The translations under genes and the position numbers were made by a program. 64,000 bases of DNA from the sequence record NC_106514.1; one strand, written 5' to 3'. Every line of letters starts with the position of its first letter. Within the stretch, counting starts at the first letter, position 1. The notes below the pieces were generated by a model that worked only from the letters and a program-made list of their open reading frames with translations, did not search any database and was not told where the DNA came from. The stretch is from Escherichia phage vB_EcoS_ESCO40. Below are positions 9,649 to 18,965 of the stretch, one piece after another.

Positions 9649-10065
9649 TTAATCTACTGCATGTATAAATCTTTTCCTAACTAGATACATAGTTATTGGG
9701 TAAATTGAGTACATAAGTATAGGGGAGAAAAGGGTGAAATACGCTGTAACTCCCCCAGCTAACATCAAAGGTATTAATGCTAGAGTAAGGGCCATAAGAA
9801 TCATACCGAATGAAACAGCCAAAGCTATGGATATAGGATTCTCTAGTTCCATCCATAACCAACAATATTTCGTATCTCTATGGCAATTGCATTTACAAAC
9901 GCCGAATGAACCCATAATTATATACTCTAGTCCGTGAATAACCTTTATTAATAAGCTATTTCGGGTAGTTAATGCAATGATAGTAAAGACTATCATTAAA
10001 ACGAATACTACTAGACTTATTTTCCAGATACCTAGCAGCATCATAGTGAATAGTTCTGCAAACAT
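9649..10065 (-). CDS. integral membrane protein (138 aa)
   Basis: Multiple hydrophobic segments. Confidence 0.5.
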   Translation of the reverse strand: MFAELFTMMLLGIWKISLVVFVLMIVFTIIALTTRNSLLIKVIHGLEYIIMGSFGVCKCNCHRDTKYCWLWMELENPISIALAVSFGMILMALTLALIPLMLAGGVTAYFTLFSPILMYSIYPITMYLVRKRFIHAVD

Positions 10066-10104
10066 GGCTTTCTCCTATCTTCAAAAATTATTAAAGCCCC
10101 CTTT

Positions 10105-10131
10105 GCCTAAAAAGGCGGGAATATTCCCGCC
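10105..10131 (-). terminator. intrinsic terminator
   Basis: GGCGGG-AATATT-CCCGCC hairpin followed by U-run on minus strand, just after the endolysin stop. Confidence 0.6.
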
Positions 10132-10142
10132 TAAGTTATTAA

Positions 10143-10556
10143 TTAAACTAGTTCGACATGACCGCCATCATAGGTACCACGTTTTATTTCATCGTGATAG
10201 TCTCCCGAAGCATTCCAATCAGCACCAAAACGAAGTTTAATGCCTAGCTCTTTACCCGCTTGTTCAAAAGCCTTTTTAACTGCCCAAAATGCTTCTAAGT
10301 CATTCCAATCAATTTTGCCATTAATATATGGAGCAAAATCAATAGCATCCCCAGTAATATGTTTGCTTTTACTGGGATCTTTTAGAAATGAAGTACCGTT
10401 AGCAATGTTCTGGGCACTTTGTGCTACTGTACGAACACCTTGCACGATTGTGAAATCATACGGAGATAATTCTAAAGCCCTACGAGCTACTTTTTGTAGT
10501 TCGGGCTTAACGGTAGCTAATTGTTTTTCGCTATTTTTACCAAATTTAAAACTCAT
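10143..10556 (-). CDS. endolysin, L-alanyl-D-glutamate peptidase (137 aa)
   Basis: Size and zinc-peptidase-like H/D/H residues consistent with the T5-type endolysin. Confidence 0.75.
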   Translation of the reverse strand: MSFKFGKNSEKQLATVKPELQKVARRALELSPYDFTIVQGVRTVAQSAQNIANGTSFLKDPSKSKHITGDAIDFAPYINGKIDWNDLEAFWAVKKAFEQAGKELGIKLRFGADWNASGDYHDEIKRGTYDGGHVELV

Positions 10557-11209
10557 ATTGACCTACCTAAAGATCTCTGTTGTGGTGAACAGAGCTTTGC
10601 TAAATATTCCTTGAACTGTTCAGAATCAGCTGTATCTACGGGATTATCTTTCCAAGCAATACCAATGTACCCAGCATAGATATTTTTTAGATTGAAGTAT
10701 GGACAAGTGTATATGTAATTAAAAGTAACGTTTTTAAACGCAGGTATATTTAACCCCATATATTTATTTACTCTTACACTTAAATCCGATGCGTAGTTAA
10801 AGCCCTCTAAATGACGTCTGTATAATTCAGACGTTTTATTTACCGCTTTATCGGCCAAGTCAGCCCTATCTAATTGCGCATTACTTTCCCATGCAATAAT
10901 ATTGGAATAATCATTGATAGCATCTGGTTTATACTTGACTACAAAAACAGCATCTGCACCCGTCTGAGAGAAGAGAACCATGCTCTTTTCCCTCGCCACA
11001 TTAGGGAAGTTATCTATCCTCTGGGTTTGTAAATCCTGTAAAACTGCAGACGTGGAAAAAGTCTTTAAGAATGACATCACTTCACTAGTATTACTAACAA
11101 ATAAGAAAATAATGACAGCAACTAAGATAGTTAGCAGACGTTTAAGAAGCGATGCTGGGTCTTTCGCTTCTTGGAGCAGTACTGTTAATAATTGTAAGAA
11201 CTTTTCCAA
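10553..11209 (-). CDS. holin-like membrane protein (218 aa, TTG start)
   Basis: TM segment LLTILVAVIIFLFV; RBS AGAGGAGG 7 nt before TTG at 11209; track start 11263 lies inside the promoter. Confidence 0.55.
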   Translation of the reverse strand: MEKFLQLLTVLLQEAKDPASLLKRLLTILVAVIIFLFVSNTSEVMSFLKTFSTSAVLQDLQTQRIDNFPNVAREKSMVLFSQTGADAVFVVKYKPDAINDYSNIIAWESNAQLDRADLADKAVNKTSELYRRHLEGFNYASDLSVRVNKYMGLNIPAFKNVTFNYIYTCPYFNLKNIYAGYIGIAWKDNPVDTADSEQFKEYLAKLCSPQQRSLGRSI

Positions 11210-11233
11210 TTTGTAACCTCCTCTAACCAGTAC

Positions 11234-11261
11234 CATTATACTAATTTTGGAGGAAAATTTC
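11234..11261 (-). promoter_or_regulatory. sigma70 promoter of the lysis cassette
   Basis: TTGAAA-17-TATAAT on minus strand. Confidence 0.5.
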
Positions 11262-11365
11262 AATGGGTTTTTAAATGTTACACTTGGAGCACAAAATTAT
11301 GTCGTTGTCAAGAAGAATTTTAGATAAAAGAAAAGCCAGGGTTAAGTACCCTGGCTTAAAATTAC

Positions 11366-11965
11366 TTACTCTTCGTTGTGCTCTTCGGATTGAGGTAACT
11401 GGGCTTTACTATATTGCTCAGATCGATATTTTGCCAAGATTTCAATACGCTTATGGATTTCCTTGCTATCTAGATAGATATTTTTGTTGTCTTTTACCAT
11501 CTCGTCGATTTCATCTATTGAGAAGAACGGATAGTAGACATCCAGCATCATATCTTCTACGAACTTATTGTAAGATTCATAGGCTTTCTTGATTTCTTGA
11601 CCTTTCTCACAGAACCCGCCAGAAAACGTGTGTCCCATTAGCGTAGCATGTGGATGTACTACCCATCCATGACAAGATAGGAAAATTGTGCAGTAAGCAG
11701 AAGCACTAGGACCAATCAGGTGCCCTATAACTGTTCCACGGCAATTAGCAATTAAGTTAGATAACTGTGCAGCAGTATCAACATAACCACCCGGGCCATT
11801 AATCATCAGATTAATTTCGTCGTCCTCATTTGCCTGCATAAGTACCATTGATAAATCACGGTATTCATCCGGCGGACCAAGTTCTTCATCAAAGAAAAAG
11901 GTATACTCGTTAGATTGGCGAATGGAGTGGAACAGGTTAGTCTTTTCTTCTTTTTTATTAGTCAT
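11366..11965 (-). CDS. ClpP-like serine protease
   Basis: Region GPSASAY...MGH resembles the ClpP catalytic Ser/His context. Confidence 0.6.
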   Translation of the reverse strand: MTNKKEEKTNLFHSIRQSNEYTFFFDEELGPPDEYRDLSMVLMQANEDDEINLMINGPGGYVDTAAQLSNLIANCRGTVIGHLIGPSASAYCTIFLSCHGWVVHPHATLMGHTFSGGFCEKGQEIKKAYESYNKFVEDMMLDVYYPFFSIDEIDEMVKDNKNIYLDSKEIHKRIEILAKYRSEQYSKAQLPQSEEHNEE

Positions 11966-11977
11966 AGCGATCCTTGA

Positions 11978-12730
11978 TTATCCAACTAGTGGTTCTAGCT
12001 CTAAGTCACAGAAGTTATACACTTCTAGTTTAAGGTTATTGATACCATCGAATTTATTAACTAATTCGTGAGTGATATATTTTGCAGGAATACCACTTTC
12101 AGATGGATGATCTGATTTAATAGTGAACTTCTGCTCAGCGGGCACTACATTTATTAGTAAAGAATCCATATCTAAATGGTTCGTTTCTCTGAGTAACTCT
12201 CCTTCATTAGGGAATCTCACATCTGTTATTACGGCGACATCTGGGTCGTCTTTAGCGATGGATTGCTCCAGAATTATGAGCCAAATGCGTTCATGTACCA
12301 GCTGCCTTCCTAGCTCTGTTCCTACGAGCTGTAACATTTTTCTCGGAGAAATAAATAAACTATAAAGTCCGTCTTCTTTATTCTCTGAGATAAGTTGTTG
12401 AGGATTAAGATATTTTTCCTCAAAAATCGGCCAAACGTACGAGAAGTCTTCAAACTTATCGATACCATATTTAAACCATACGTCTCTAGCCCGCTCCAAT
12501 TGAGATTGTGTGACCGTAAACCATTGGTCAATCTCTTTTCCCCTGCGCTCTCCTAGAAACTCTGGAGTTACACCGAGGATTACGGATGCAAGTTCATAAA
12601 CGGGCTTAGCAAAACTATAACGACGGGCTAAATACGTTGGATACGTGTCATTACACCAATCGATAATTAATTTTGCAACGGTATCTTTTCCCGAACCAGC
12701 TTCACCATGTAAACCGACTAATACTGACAT
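11978..12730 (-). CDS. deoxynucleoside monophosphate kinase (P-loop)
   Basis: Walker A GEAGSGKDT at N-terminus. Confidence 0.65.
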   Translation of the reverse strand: MSVLVGLHGEAGSGKDTVAKLIIDWCNDTYPTYLARRYSFAKPVYELASVILGVTPEFLGERRGKEIDQWFTVTQSQLERARDVWFKYGIDKFEDFSYVWPIFEEKYLNPQQLISENKEDGLYSLFISPRKMLQLVGTELGRQLVHERIWLIILEQSIAKDDPDVAVITDVRFPNEGELLRETNHLDMDSLLINVVPAEQKFTIKSDHPSESGIPAKYITHELVNKFDGINNLKLEVYNFCDLELEPLVG

Positions 12731-13083
12731 TAATCTTTCCTATTGTTAATTGGTGGATAATATACTAAACAACGTTTTTCTTGTAAATCTTGGCGATAGA
12801 AGCAAACCATACCAGTCAGTCGTGAAATAAAGGAATATTCTGCCTCACGGCATTTTGCCAACATATTCCAGTCTTTATATGGTACAACAACTACTACGCC
12901 ATCTTCGCCATTTGTAGCTAATTTCTTTTCGAATTTGAAATCAAAGCTACAAGGCTGAAGTCCTTTAGGCCAATCCACATGGGCTTGCTTTAACTCATGT
13001 GACGGCTCTGGTACTACCGTTTCTGCACAGCCTGTGATTGTGATTGCGGCTGCGAGCAGTATTCCAAGCTTCCAGTTAAACAT
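12730..13083 (-). CDS. lipoprotein (possible outer-membrane spanin-like)
   Basis: Signal peptide with lipobox ITGC; start embedded in upstream gene. Confidence 0.5.
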   Translation of the reverse strand: MFNWKLGILLAAAITITGCAETVVPEPSHELKQAHVDWPKGLQPCSFDFKFEKKLATNGEDGVVVVVPYKDWNMLAKCREAEYSFISRLTGMVCFYRQDLQEKRCLVYYPPINNRKD

Positions 13084-13457
13084 GCTAATCTTTCCTCGAA
13101 CTCTTTACTCTGCTTTTTAGCAATTAATGTTACCAATCCAGGCTTTGCAGCTATAATATCTTGGCGACTAAGAGCTTTATCTAACTGCTTAATCTTTTTG
13201 TCTAGATCTGCTTGCGAAATATTATTCATTGTGAAATACTGATTCATTCTAGTCTCACGAAGTTCACTTTCAGCTTTCACCTTATTAAGGGAAGTCTCTA
13301 GATAAGAAATCTTTTTAGTAGCTACCGCAAGATCTCCCGCTAAAGTCTCCACTTTATCTACTAAGTGATAAGCACCGAATCCGATGCCTATCGCTAGACC
13401 TGCTCCCAGGATATACCACTTACCTTGCCATAGAGAACTAATAAAGTTTTTTATCAT
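13014..13457 (-). CDS. membrane-anchored coiled-coil protein (inner-membrane spanin-like)
   Basis: N-terminal TM segment then charged coiled-coil; overlaps the lipoprotein gene. Confidence 0.5.
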   Translation of the reverse strand: MIKNFISSLWQGKWYILGAGLAIGIGFGAYHLVDKVETLAGDLAVATKKISYLETSLNKVKAESELRETRMNQYFTMNNISQADLDKKIKQLDKALSRQDIIAAKPGLVTLIAKKQSKEFEERLACLTGSLEYCSQPQSQSQAVQKR

Positions 13458-14152
13458 CTTTTCATATTCCTGAATGACGTAACCGTATCAAATCCATGTG
13501 CTGCTAGGCGGTCTTTATCAGAAGTGGTAATAATATCTGGTTCTCCTGTTCCAAGCACGCCCCAGATATATTGCTCGATCATCTGGTGTAAACGGTATAA
13601 GTTACTTTCAATTTCCTGCCACGGAATACCTGACTGATGGAAACGAATGTTAGTCTGAATCACGAAGTTACGAACATCATCGTTATCGTTCTTCTTGATA
13701 CCTTTCACATATGCAATCGGTACACGCAGTTCGGACAAGATACGTTCTGCTTTAGGTTTTGCTTCAACGAGCAAATCACGCATTGTTTCACGAACATCTC
13801 CACGACTCTTATCCATTAAGTAGGAGCGAGCATGCAATCCCATCTCTTCCATTTTATCGAACATAGTGTCGAGGTCGAACGTTTTGAAGCTAAATGCTGG
13901 ATGCCAGCAGTACAGCTCATGTAACCAGTAAACTTCCCCTGCAACAAATAGTGGGTTTACAAAATATTCGAAATCACCCCGGAAAGATAGCGAACCATCA
14001 CGAAATACCTGGCGAGTATGCACAATGTTCTTTTCTGCATCATCGGTTACTTTAACCAGTAACTCCTCAGTTTTACGTTCCCACACACGATCTGGGTCGA
14101 ACAAACTGTTCTGCAAATCATACACATCGGCGAACTTAGAAATAATCCTCAT
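13454..14152 (-). CDS. hypothetical protein (232 aa)
   Basis: ORF with RBS AAGAGGA. Confidence 0.55.
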   Translation of the reverse strand: MRIISKFADVYDLQNSLFDPDRVWERKTEELLVKVTDDAEKNIVHTRQVFRDGSLSFRGDFEYFVNPLFVAGEVYWLHELYCWHPAFSFKTFDLDTMFDKMEEMGLHARSYLMDKSRGDVRETMRDLLVEAKPKAERILSELRVPIAYVKGIKKNDNDDVRNFVIQTNIRFHQSGIPWQEIESNLYRLHQMIEQYIWGVLGTGEPDIITTSDKDRLAAHGFDTVTSFRNMKR

Positions 14153-14183
14153 ATTTAATCCTCTTGCCTCAATCTATAAACAT

Positions 14184-14212
14184 ATTATACAAAAGTTTGG
14201 GCATCTAAGCAA
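14184..14212 (-). promoter_or_regulatory. sigma70-type early promoter (T5 family)
   Basis: TTGCTT-17-TATAAT. Confidence 0.6.
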
Positions 14213-14306
14213 CTAAAATTTTATTATAAAAATAGCCCAGTCGCAAAAGTGCAGGCTGGGCTTTGTCATTATTTGCTTTTGCTAGTAAGCTGACTTAGTG
14301 TCAATC

Positions 14307-14477
14307 TTATATAATATTAGTTTTTCTAGCTTTGTGCAGTACCCCTGCATTTCTCCACAATTTGATGTCAGCAACTGTTTCCTTATACGGAGCAATGGTA
14401 GAACCAATTGGGCCAGCAACTAATAGTCCAAAGAACCCTACAATACGCATATAGAACAAGCATTCTTTGGCTGTCAT
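14307..14477 (-). CDS. small membrane protein
   Basis: ATG at 14477 directly follows the stop of the upstream ORF; track ORF 14307-14552. Confidence 0.35.
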   Translation of the reverse strand: MTAKECLFYMRIVGFFGLLVAGPIGSTIAPYKETVADIKLWRNAGVLHKARKTNII

Positions 14478-14478
14478 A

Positions 14479-14652
14479 TTATTTACTGCTTTTTTTCTGT
14501 CTTTCATCTTTAAACTCATGTTCTTGACCATCAATACGTAGATACTTAACAAACCATTCAGCAGAATGTTCGTCCAAATGTCTAATAATAGCTATCGCGT
14601 ATCCAGCACCGATTAAAAACCAAGTTGTAACAAGAATTAGTAATATAGTCAT
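14479..14652 (-). CDS. small membrane protein
   Basis: RBS GGAG before ATG at 14652; track ORF 14479-14688. Confidence 0.35.
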   Translation of the reverse strand: MTILLILVTTWFLIGAGYAIAIIRHLDEHSAEWFVKYLRIDGQEHEFKDERQKKSSK

Positions 14653-14762
14653 ATTATCTCCAGTTAGGGCTAGCAGCCACCTCACCACTTACCGCACTAA
14701 GGGGCACGACTCCCTTATCCGTAACAGTTGCAGGTGACGCAACTCGGTCCTACGCGAGTTCT
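14653..14762. other. GC-rich ORF-free element
   Basis: Locally G+C-rich stretch with hairpin gttgc-aggtgac-gcaac in an otherwise AT-rich intergenic region. Confidence 0.3.
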
Positions 14763-15047
14763 TTAAGTATTCTGCATTTCAGCTTTAAATTTTTTCATAT
14801 TACGAGTTTTTCGGTAATAGAAAAATACAGATGCTGGTCCTAGTAGAATATCCATAATAAATATTGCAGATCTAGCACACCTGAGCAACGTTTTATCATC
14901 AAGAGGTGCTAGGTCTGATGGACGTGTTTTATGTACAACATATAAGATCACATCTTTATTCTTGGAGATGAATAAATCATCTATTAGACTATAAATAGCA
15001 ACCACAGAGCCGATGACGAACCAAAGAGCAAATGGAGAAACAATCAT
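14763..15047 (-). CDS. membrane protein (94 aa)
   Basis: Hydrophobic N-terminus. Confidence 0.5.
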   Translation of the reverse strand: MIVSPFALWFVIGSVVAIYSLIDDLFISKNKDVILYVVHKTRPSDLAPLDDKTLLRCARSAIFIMDILLGPASVFFYYRKTRNMKKFKAEMQNT

Positions 15048-15340
15048 TTCAGATCCTTTTCATTAATTAAAATATTTGTAAATAATGGAGTATTTCCTAA
15101 ACACATGGTAGGCCCAAAGGTTTGCATAACTACCCACAGCTGCATAGTAATCATACCATCTTTAATCTCTGGATCTTTGTACTCCTCGATACGTTTTTTA
15201 GCAAAGGCAACTACATCTGGAGTGCTACCATTCTTTATAACATGATCATGCCAAAATTGTGTATTCTCACTACGCAGGAATGTTAAGATGTCCTTAGTTG
15301 CTGGAATCTGAACTGTGCTATTGATGTTTAGCTTTTTCAT
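15044..15340 (-). CDS. hypothetical protein (98 aa)
   Basis: ORF, coupled. Confidence 0.5.
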   Translation of the reverse strand: MKKLNINSTVQIPATKDILTFLRSENTQFWHDHVIKNGSTPDVVAFAKKRIEEYKDPEIKDGMITMQLWVVMQTFGPTMCLGNTPLFTNILINEKDLK

Positions 15341-15737
15341 GTTCTTCTCTCCGACGTTTGCGTTCTTTCATCATATGATCTGCTACAACTTCATGGTAGT
15401 AGTCATTAATGTTATCTTCTGGCAAGAAATGCCTAATAGTCTCTAGCTGACAAATAACTCGATGAAGATGGTTATTTGGTAGACACAATTTTATACCTAC
15501 AACAAATCCAGAGAAGCCTGGAACACTGAACATGGGTTGGGCTTCTACTCTACCTTCAGAGTTGATATTAAGCTCAATTGAGATACCCATTTTCATGCTA
15601 TAAAGCTGGCAGTATTCCCCATTACCAGACCTTGACCAAATAGTGAAGTCCTCATCAATTTGGTCTTGGATTTCTGTAATTGCAAATTTAATTCTAGGGT
15701 CTAAATTATTCATCTTCACCTTCAAAGTTGCAATCAT
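15318..15737 (-). CDS. hypothetical protein (139 aa)
   Basis: ORF. Confidence 0.5.
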   Translation of the reverse strand: MIATLKVKMNNLDPRIKFAITEIQDQIDEDFTIWSRSGNGEYCQLYSMKMGISIELNINSEGRVEAQPMFSVPGFSGFVVGIKLCLPNNHLHRVICQLETIRHFLPEDNINDYYHEVVADHMMKERKRRREEHEKAKHQ

Positions 15738-16005
15738 AACGACAAGTAAAAGAACTAGAGCTATTAGTACGTTGAGTAGTTATCTCACCACGTTTGCTAA
15801 CAGTAACGGCTGGAGTAGAGAAGTTTTTGTTAGTATATATCTCTACTTTACCATTACGTTCCTTAACATCACGAACTTTACCATACTCGGTAATAATGCC
15901 GTTCTGCTGGACTTTAACATTACCATTTTTCATAGAAACTTTGGTAGATGCTAGAGAACCGAAACTAACTGCCGAAACCATCAGTGCAATAATAAACTTA
16001 TTCAT
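15706..16005 (-). CDS. secreted protein with signal peptide (about 99 aa)
   Basis: RBS GAGGAAG before ATG at 16005; N-terminus MNKFIIALMVSAVSFGSLAST. Confidence 0.45.
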   Translation of the reverse strand: MNKFIIALMVSAVSFGSLASTKVSMKNGNVKVQQNGIITEYGKVRDVKERNGKVEIYTNKNFSTPAVTVSKRGEITTQRTNSSSSFTCRYDCNFEGEDE

Positions 16006-16279
16006 CAGTATCTTCCTCATTACAGTCACGGCATACATCATAATCATTGAAGGAATGTTCGTGAGCTGCACACCACCAAGAACAAGAATCGCAGAGGAAT
16101 ATTTCGGTTTTCTCAAGTGCTTGGCCTAAAAGATCATCAGCTTCCTCAGCAGTAATCTTCAATCCACACACATCTGCCACACGTTCTTTAATTAAACGAC
16201 CTGCTTCATGGTAAGACATACAGGTTCCAGCAACATCATGTTCAACAACATGAATGGCACAGTCTAGGCGATTTTTCAT
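15998..16279 (-). CDS. Cys-rich hypothetical protein (93 aa)
   Basis: ORF behind conserved leader. Confidence 0.5.
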   Translation of the reverse strand: MKNRLDCAIHVVEHDVAGTCMSYHEAGRLIKERVADVCGLKITAEEADDLLGQALEKTEIFLCDSCSWWCAAHEHSFNDYDVCRDCNEEDTDE

Positions 16280-16309
16280 TTCAAACCTCTCTCATCAATT
16301 TATAAATAT

Positions 16310-16338
16310 ATTATAGCAAGAAAAGAGAGGTTTAGCAA
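16310..16338 (-). promoter_or_regulatory. sigma70-type early promoter (T5 family)
   Basis: TTGCTA-17-TATAAT. Confidence 0.6.
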
Positions 16339-16355
16339 ATGAATTATTTCAGAAA

Positions 16356-16703
16356 TTAGTCATAGCACCACCATAACCCACGCTTACGCATGTCATGATC
16401 GCGATTATAGTCGTAATTTTCTGGATCTTTCATCACGCGGTGGAGTTCTTGACGATTCCCTTGACGAACCATTTTATTAGAATGCCACTTAACATTCTTA
16501 CTAACAGAATTCCAGCTGTAACCATCCTTTTTCTCATTACGAATGGTTGCTTCCTTCATTTCTTTTTTGATGTCGTCCCAAGATTTGGCATAAATAACAC
16601 GAATCCAGTAGCCATTTTCTTTGATGAAAGAATATTCTTGAGAGAATTGTTCTTTAGACTTCCACCACTGATCACCAGATTGTTTACGATAAGTACGGCT
16701 CAT
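16356..16703 (-). CDS. hypothetical protein (115 aa)
   Basis: ORF. Confidence 0.5.
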   Translation of the reverse strand: MSRTYRKQSGDQWWKSKEQFSQEYSFIKENGYWIRVIYAKSWDDIKKEMKEATIRNEKKDGYSWNSVSKNVKWHSNKMVRQGNRQELHRVMKDPENYDYNRDHDMRKRGLWWCYD

Positions 16704-16780
16704 ATTACCTCCATTAAGTCTTTTAAATTAACCTAATGTGGATGAATTTTATTATACATATATTATGTACCTTTATACAG

Positions 16781-16813
16781 AAAAACCCCAGACTACTTAT
16801 TCAATAGCTGGGG
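16781..16813 (-). terminator. intrinsic terminator
   Basis: ccccag / ctgggg stem plus U-run on minus strand. Confidence 0.5.
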
Positions 16814-16824
16814 TTTGTTATTAA

Positions 16825-17139
16825 TTACAGATCGGGGCGTTCATCTTCGAAACAGCCTGAGCTGATTCCCTCTCCGAATCCTACAAAGCCATCAAATTCA
16901 TCATTTGAGATGCTCATAATCATTGCTTCCATTTTCCGGATCTCCGAGGTTTTCATGCCTGCTTTACTATTCTTATAATATTTGCGGGGGTTCCCGCACA
17001 TCCAACAAGAACAGATGCAAGGAGTAGTAGTGATAATACCTAACCGCTTAGGGCTTTCTTCATGTGGAAAGACTGTCCAGTACTTCTTGCGGTTGTTCTT
17101 CACACGTTGCCGGTGATGGCGTCTTAATGCTCGATCCAC
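16825..17139 (-). CDS. basic Cys-cluster protein (104 aa, GTG start)
   Basis: RBS AGGAGA 5 nt before GTG; CICSCWMCGN cluster. Confidence 0.45.
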   Translation of the reverse strand: MDRALRRHHRQRVKNNRKKYWTVFPHEESPKRLGIITTTPCICSCWMCGNPRKYYKNSKAGMKTSEIRKMEAMIMSISNDEFDGFVGFGEGISSGCFEDERPDL

Positions 17140-17220
17140 ACATTTCTCCTAAAACTTGGGAGATAAATGGAGTTTGCTCGACTACCTTGCGTAGTTCGGA
17201 GAAACCGTATCCAAGCCCCA

Positions 17221-17589
17221 TTACATCGCCTGAGTAAATGTACGACTAATAACGTCGTTCTGTTGTTCACGCGTCAGTGCGTTAAAACGTACAGCGTACC
17301 CTGAAACACGGATAGTTAATTGAGGGTATTTTTCAGGATGTTTCTGTGCATCCAAAAGCTGATCACGACTTAACACATTGACATTTAGGTGTTGACCACC
17401 TTCAATTTGAGGGGCGACTTCCACCTTGACTTCACGGAAGGATTCGGGGTCAAAATGGGGTGTGATACCCTCTAGATCTTCAACTAGAACTTTTTGTTTA
17501 AGTTCACCATCTTTAGAGTATAATTGAATAATCTGATTATTATGAACAATATTAATTACGCCAGATTTAAGATTTTGGTACGCTTTCAT
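17221..17589 (-). CDS. autonomous glycyl-radical cofactor (GrcA/YfiD-like)
   Basis: C-terminus [11 protein letters not shown]...[20 protein letters not shown] matches the glycyl-radical domain of GrcA/PflB as I recall it; RBS CAGGAG before ATG at 17589. Confidence 0.7.
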   Translation of the reverse strand: MKAYQNLKSGVINIVHNNQIIQLYSKDGELKQKVLVEDLEGITPHFDPESFREVKVEVAPQIEGGQHLNVNVLSRDQLLDAQKHPEKYPQLTIRVSGYAVRFNALTREQQNDVISRTFTQAM

Positions 17590-17775
17590 TAGATCTCCTG
17601 TTTGGTAGTTAGTAGTGGGTTTGAACCACTGTAGTCGCTCCGTATGAAGGAGGTGCATAACCACTCTGCCAACTAACTATTATGTTTTACTAGGCTAAGT
17701 AAGTATTCTTTGTACTCTTTAGACCAACTAGCTTTTTTAAACTTTCCTGGACGCATAGTCTTAATTCCTAGATTT

Positions 17776-17852
17776 GGTACTCCGGGAGGGATTTAAACCC
17801 CCGATCTCTCGGTTATCAGCCGAGTGCTTTAGATCGCTAAGCTACCGAAGCA
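17776..17852 (-). tRNA. tRNA-Ile (anticodon GAU)
   Basis: Cloverleaf by eye: anticodon stem CTCGG/CCGAG, loop CTGATAA, T-loop TTTAAAT, CCA encoded. Confidence 0.75.
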
Positions 17853-17866
17853 TTAAAATAATTACA

Positions 17867-18157
17867 TCACACACTGTCTAAGTAAGAAGTATAATGGAAT
17901 TTAGCTTCTCCAGTCTTATCTACTTCTACCTCAGTTCGTGGTACTTGACGAACTACACCATGAATCATCTTATAGCGAATACCTTTAGCTGGTTCATGAT
18001 CTTTTGGAAATACTTGTTTAACCGTTACTACTTTATACCCCTCTCGCGGTGTTAATACAACTATTTGATCACCTTCTTTGATTTTCCAAGAAGATGGAAA
18101 TTCATAGGTGTATCTTTGGCCACCAGTTTGGAATACTACAGAAAGATAACGCTTCAT
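17867..18157 (-). CDS. hypothetical protein (96 aa)
   Basis: ORF behind promoter. Confidence 0.5.
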   Translation of the reverse strand: MKRYLSVVFQTGGQRYTYEFPSSWKIKEGDQIVVLTPREGYKVVTVKQVFPKDHEPAKGIRYKMIHGVVRQVPRTEVEVDKTGEAKFHYTSYLDSV

Positions 18158-18187
18158 TTGGTTTCCCTCTCATTAATTTATATAAAT

Positions 18188-18216
18188 ATTATAGCAAGAA
18201 ATAAGAGAGAAAGCAA
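18188..18216 (-). promoter_or_regulatory. sigma70-type early promoter (T5 family)
   Basis: TTGCTT-17-TATAAT. Confidence 0.6.
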
Positions 18217-18231
18217 ATGAATTTTTAAGTT

Positions 18232-18306
18232 TGGTGCTCCCACTAGGAATCGAACCCAGCTCAGATGCTTACAAGGCAACTGCATCGCCAACAATGCTTT
18301 AGGAGC
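18232..18306 (-). tRNA. tRNA-Thr (anticodon UGU)
   Basis: Loop CTTGTAA, T-arm CTGGG-TTCGATT-CCTAG, CCA encoded; one mismatch in anticodon stem. Confidence 0.6.
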
Positions 18307-18473
18307 GATAATCCCATTATTTCAACGGGATTTCTTTTTCAAATACAGGGGATTTATCTGACATTACTGTCATTGCCAACTGCTGAAGAAACTCGAAAGT
18401 TAGCTTTAAGCGTTCTTCGCCTAATTCAACCTCAACGTATTTCTTTTGTTTGTCAACCTTTAATTTTAGGTTA

Positions 18474-18695
18474 TCAGCCATCTTCGGATTCTCGTTGCTC
18501 GGCTAATGCTAGCCAGTCTGGTAAAAGAAACTTAGTACGAAATTCTTCATACGTTTCTTCTGGATAAAAGCTAAAACCTCCTTTCTCATCATTCAAGATA
18601 ACAGAGCCGTCAGTTTGTTCGTATGCTCGATATGTTTCTCCAATAATGATAACTCGCTTATCAGTACTTTTATTACGAAACTCAAAAACGTGCAT
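18474..18695 (-). CDS. hypothetical protein (73 aa)
   Basis: ORF between tRNA genes. Confidence 0.45.
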   Translation of the reverse strand: MHVFEFRNKSTDKRVIIIGETYRAYEQTDGSVILNDEKGGFSFYPEETYEEFRTKFLLPDWLALAEQRESEDG

Positions 18696-18711
18696 AGTGT
18701 TTCCTTAAAGT

Positions 18712-18787
18712 TGGAGCGGCTAGAGGGAATCGAACCCTACTCAGCGAGGCTTGGAAGGCCTGCGACACAACCCGTGTGCTTAACCGC
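18712..18787 (-). tRNA. tRNA-Gly (anticodon UCC)
   Basis: Loop CTTCCAA; T-loop TTCGATT; CCA encoded. Confidence 0.55.
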
Positions 18788-18794
18788 GATTATT

Positions 18795-18870
18795 TGGCTG
18801 GAGAAGGAGGAATCGAACCTACCATTAACGGAGTCAAAGGCCGTTGTGCTAACCGTTACACTACTCTCCA
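18795..18870 (-). tRNA. tRNA-Gln (anticodon UUG)
   Basis: U1:A72 and G73 as in bacterial tRNA-Gln; loop CTTTGAC. Confidence 0.65.
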
Positions 18871-18876
18871 AGTATT

Positions 18877-18952
18877 TGGCTGGGATGCCACGGATCGAAC
18901 GTGGAACCTTCGGAGGCAGAGGCCGACGATCTGCCAATTGATCTACATCCCA
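18877..18952 (-). tRNA. tRNA-Gln-like (anticodon CUG), atypical position 37
   Basis: U1/G73, loop CTCTGCC with C at position 37; perfect T-arm CCACG-TTCGATC-CGTGG. Confidence 0.45.
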
Positions 18953-18965
18953 ATAATTCTTTACT

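Noticed and set aside
18712-18787. Reading this tRNA as tRNA-Trp (CCA)
   Set aside because: That register leaves no paired anticodon stem; the CTTCCAA loop with anticodon UCC (Gly) fits better
18615-18941. Plus-strand ORFs spanning tRNA genes (18615-18941, 18776-18982, 20443-20643, 21202-21420)
   Set aside because: They run across tRNA genes on the opposite strand and lack RBS and promoter context
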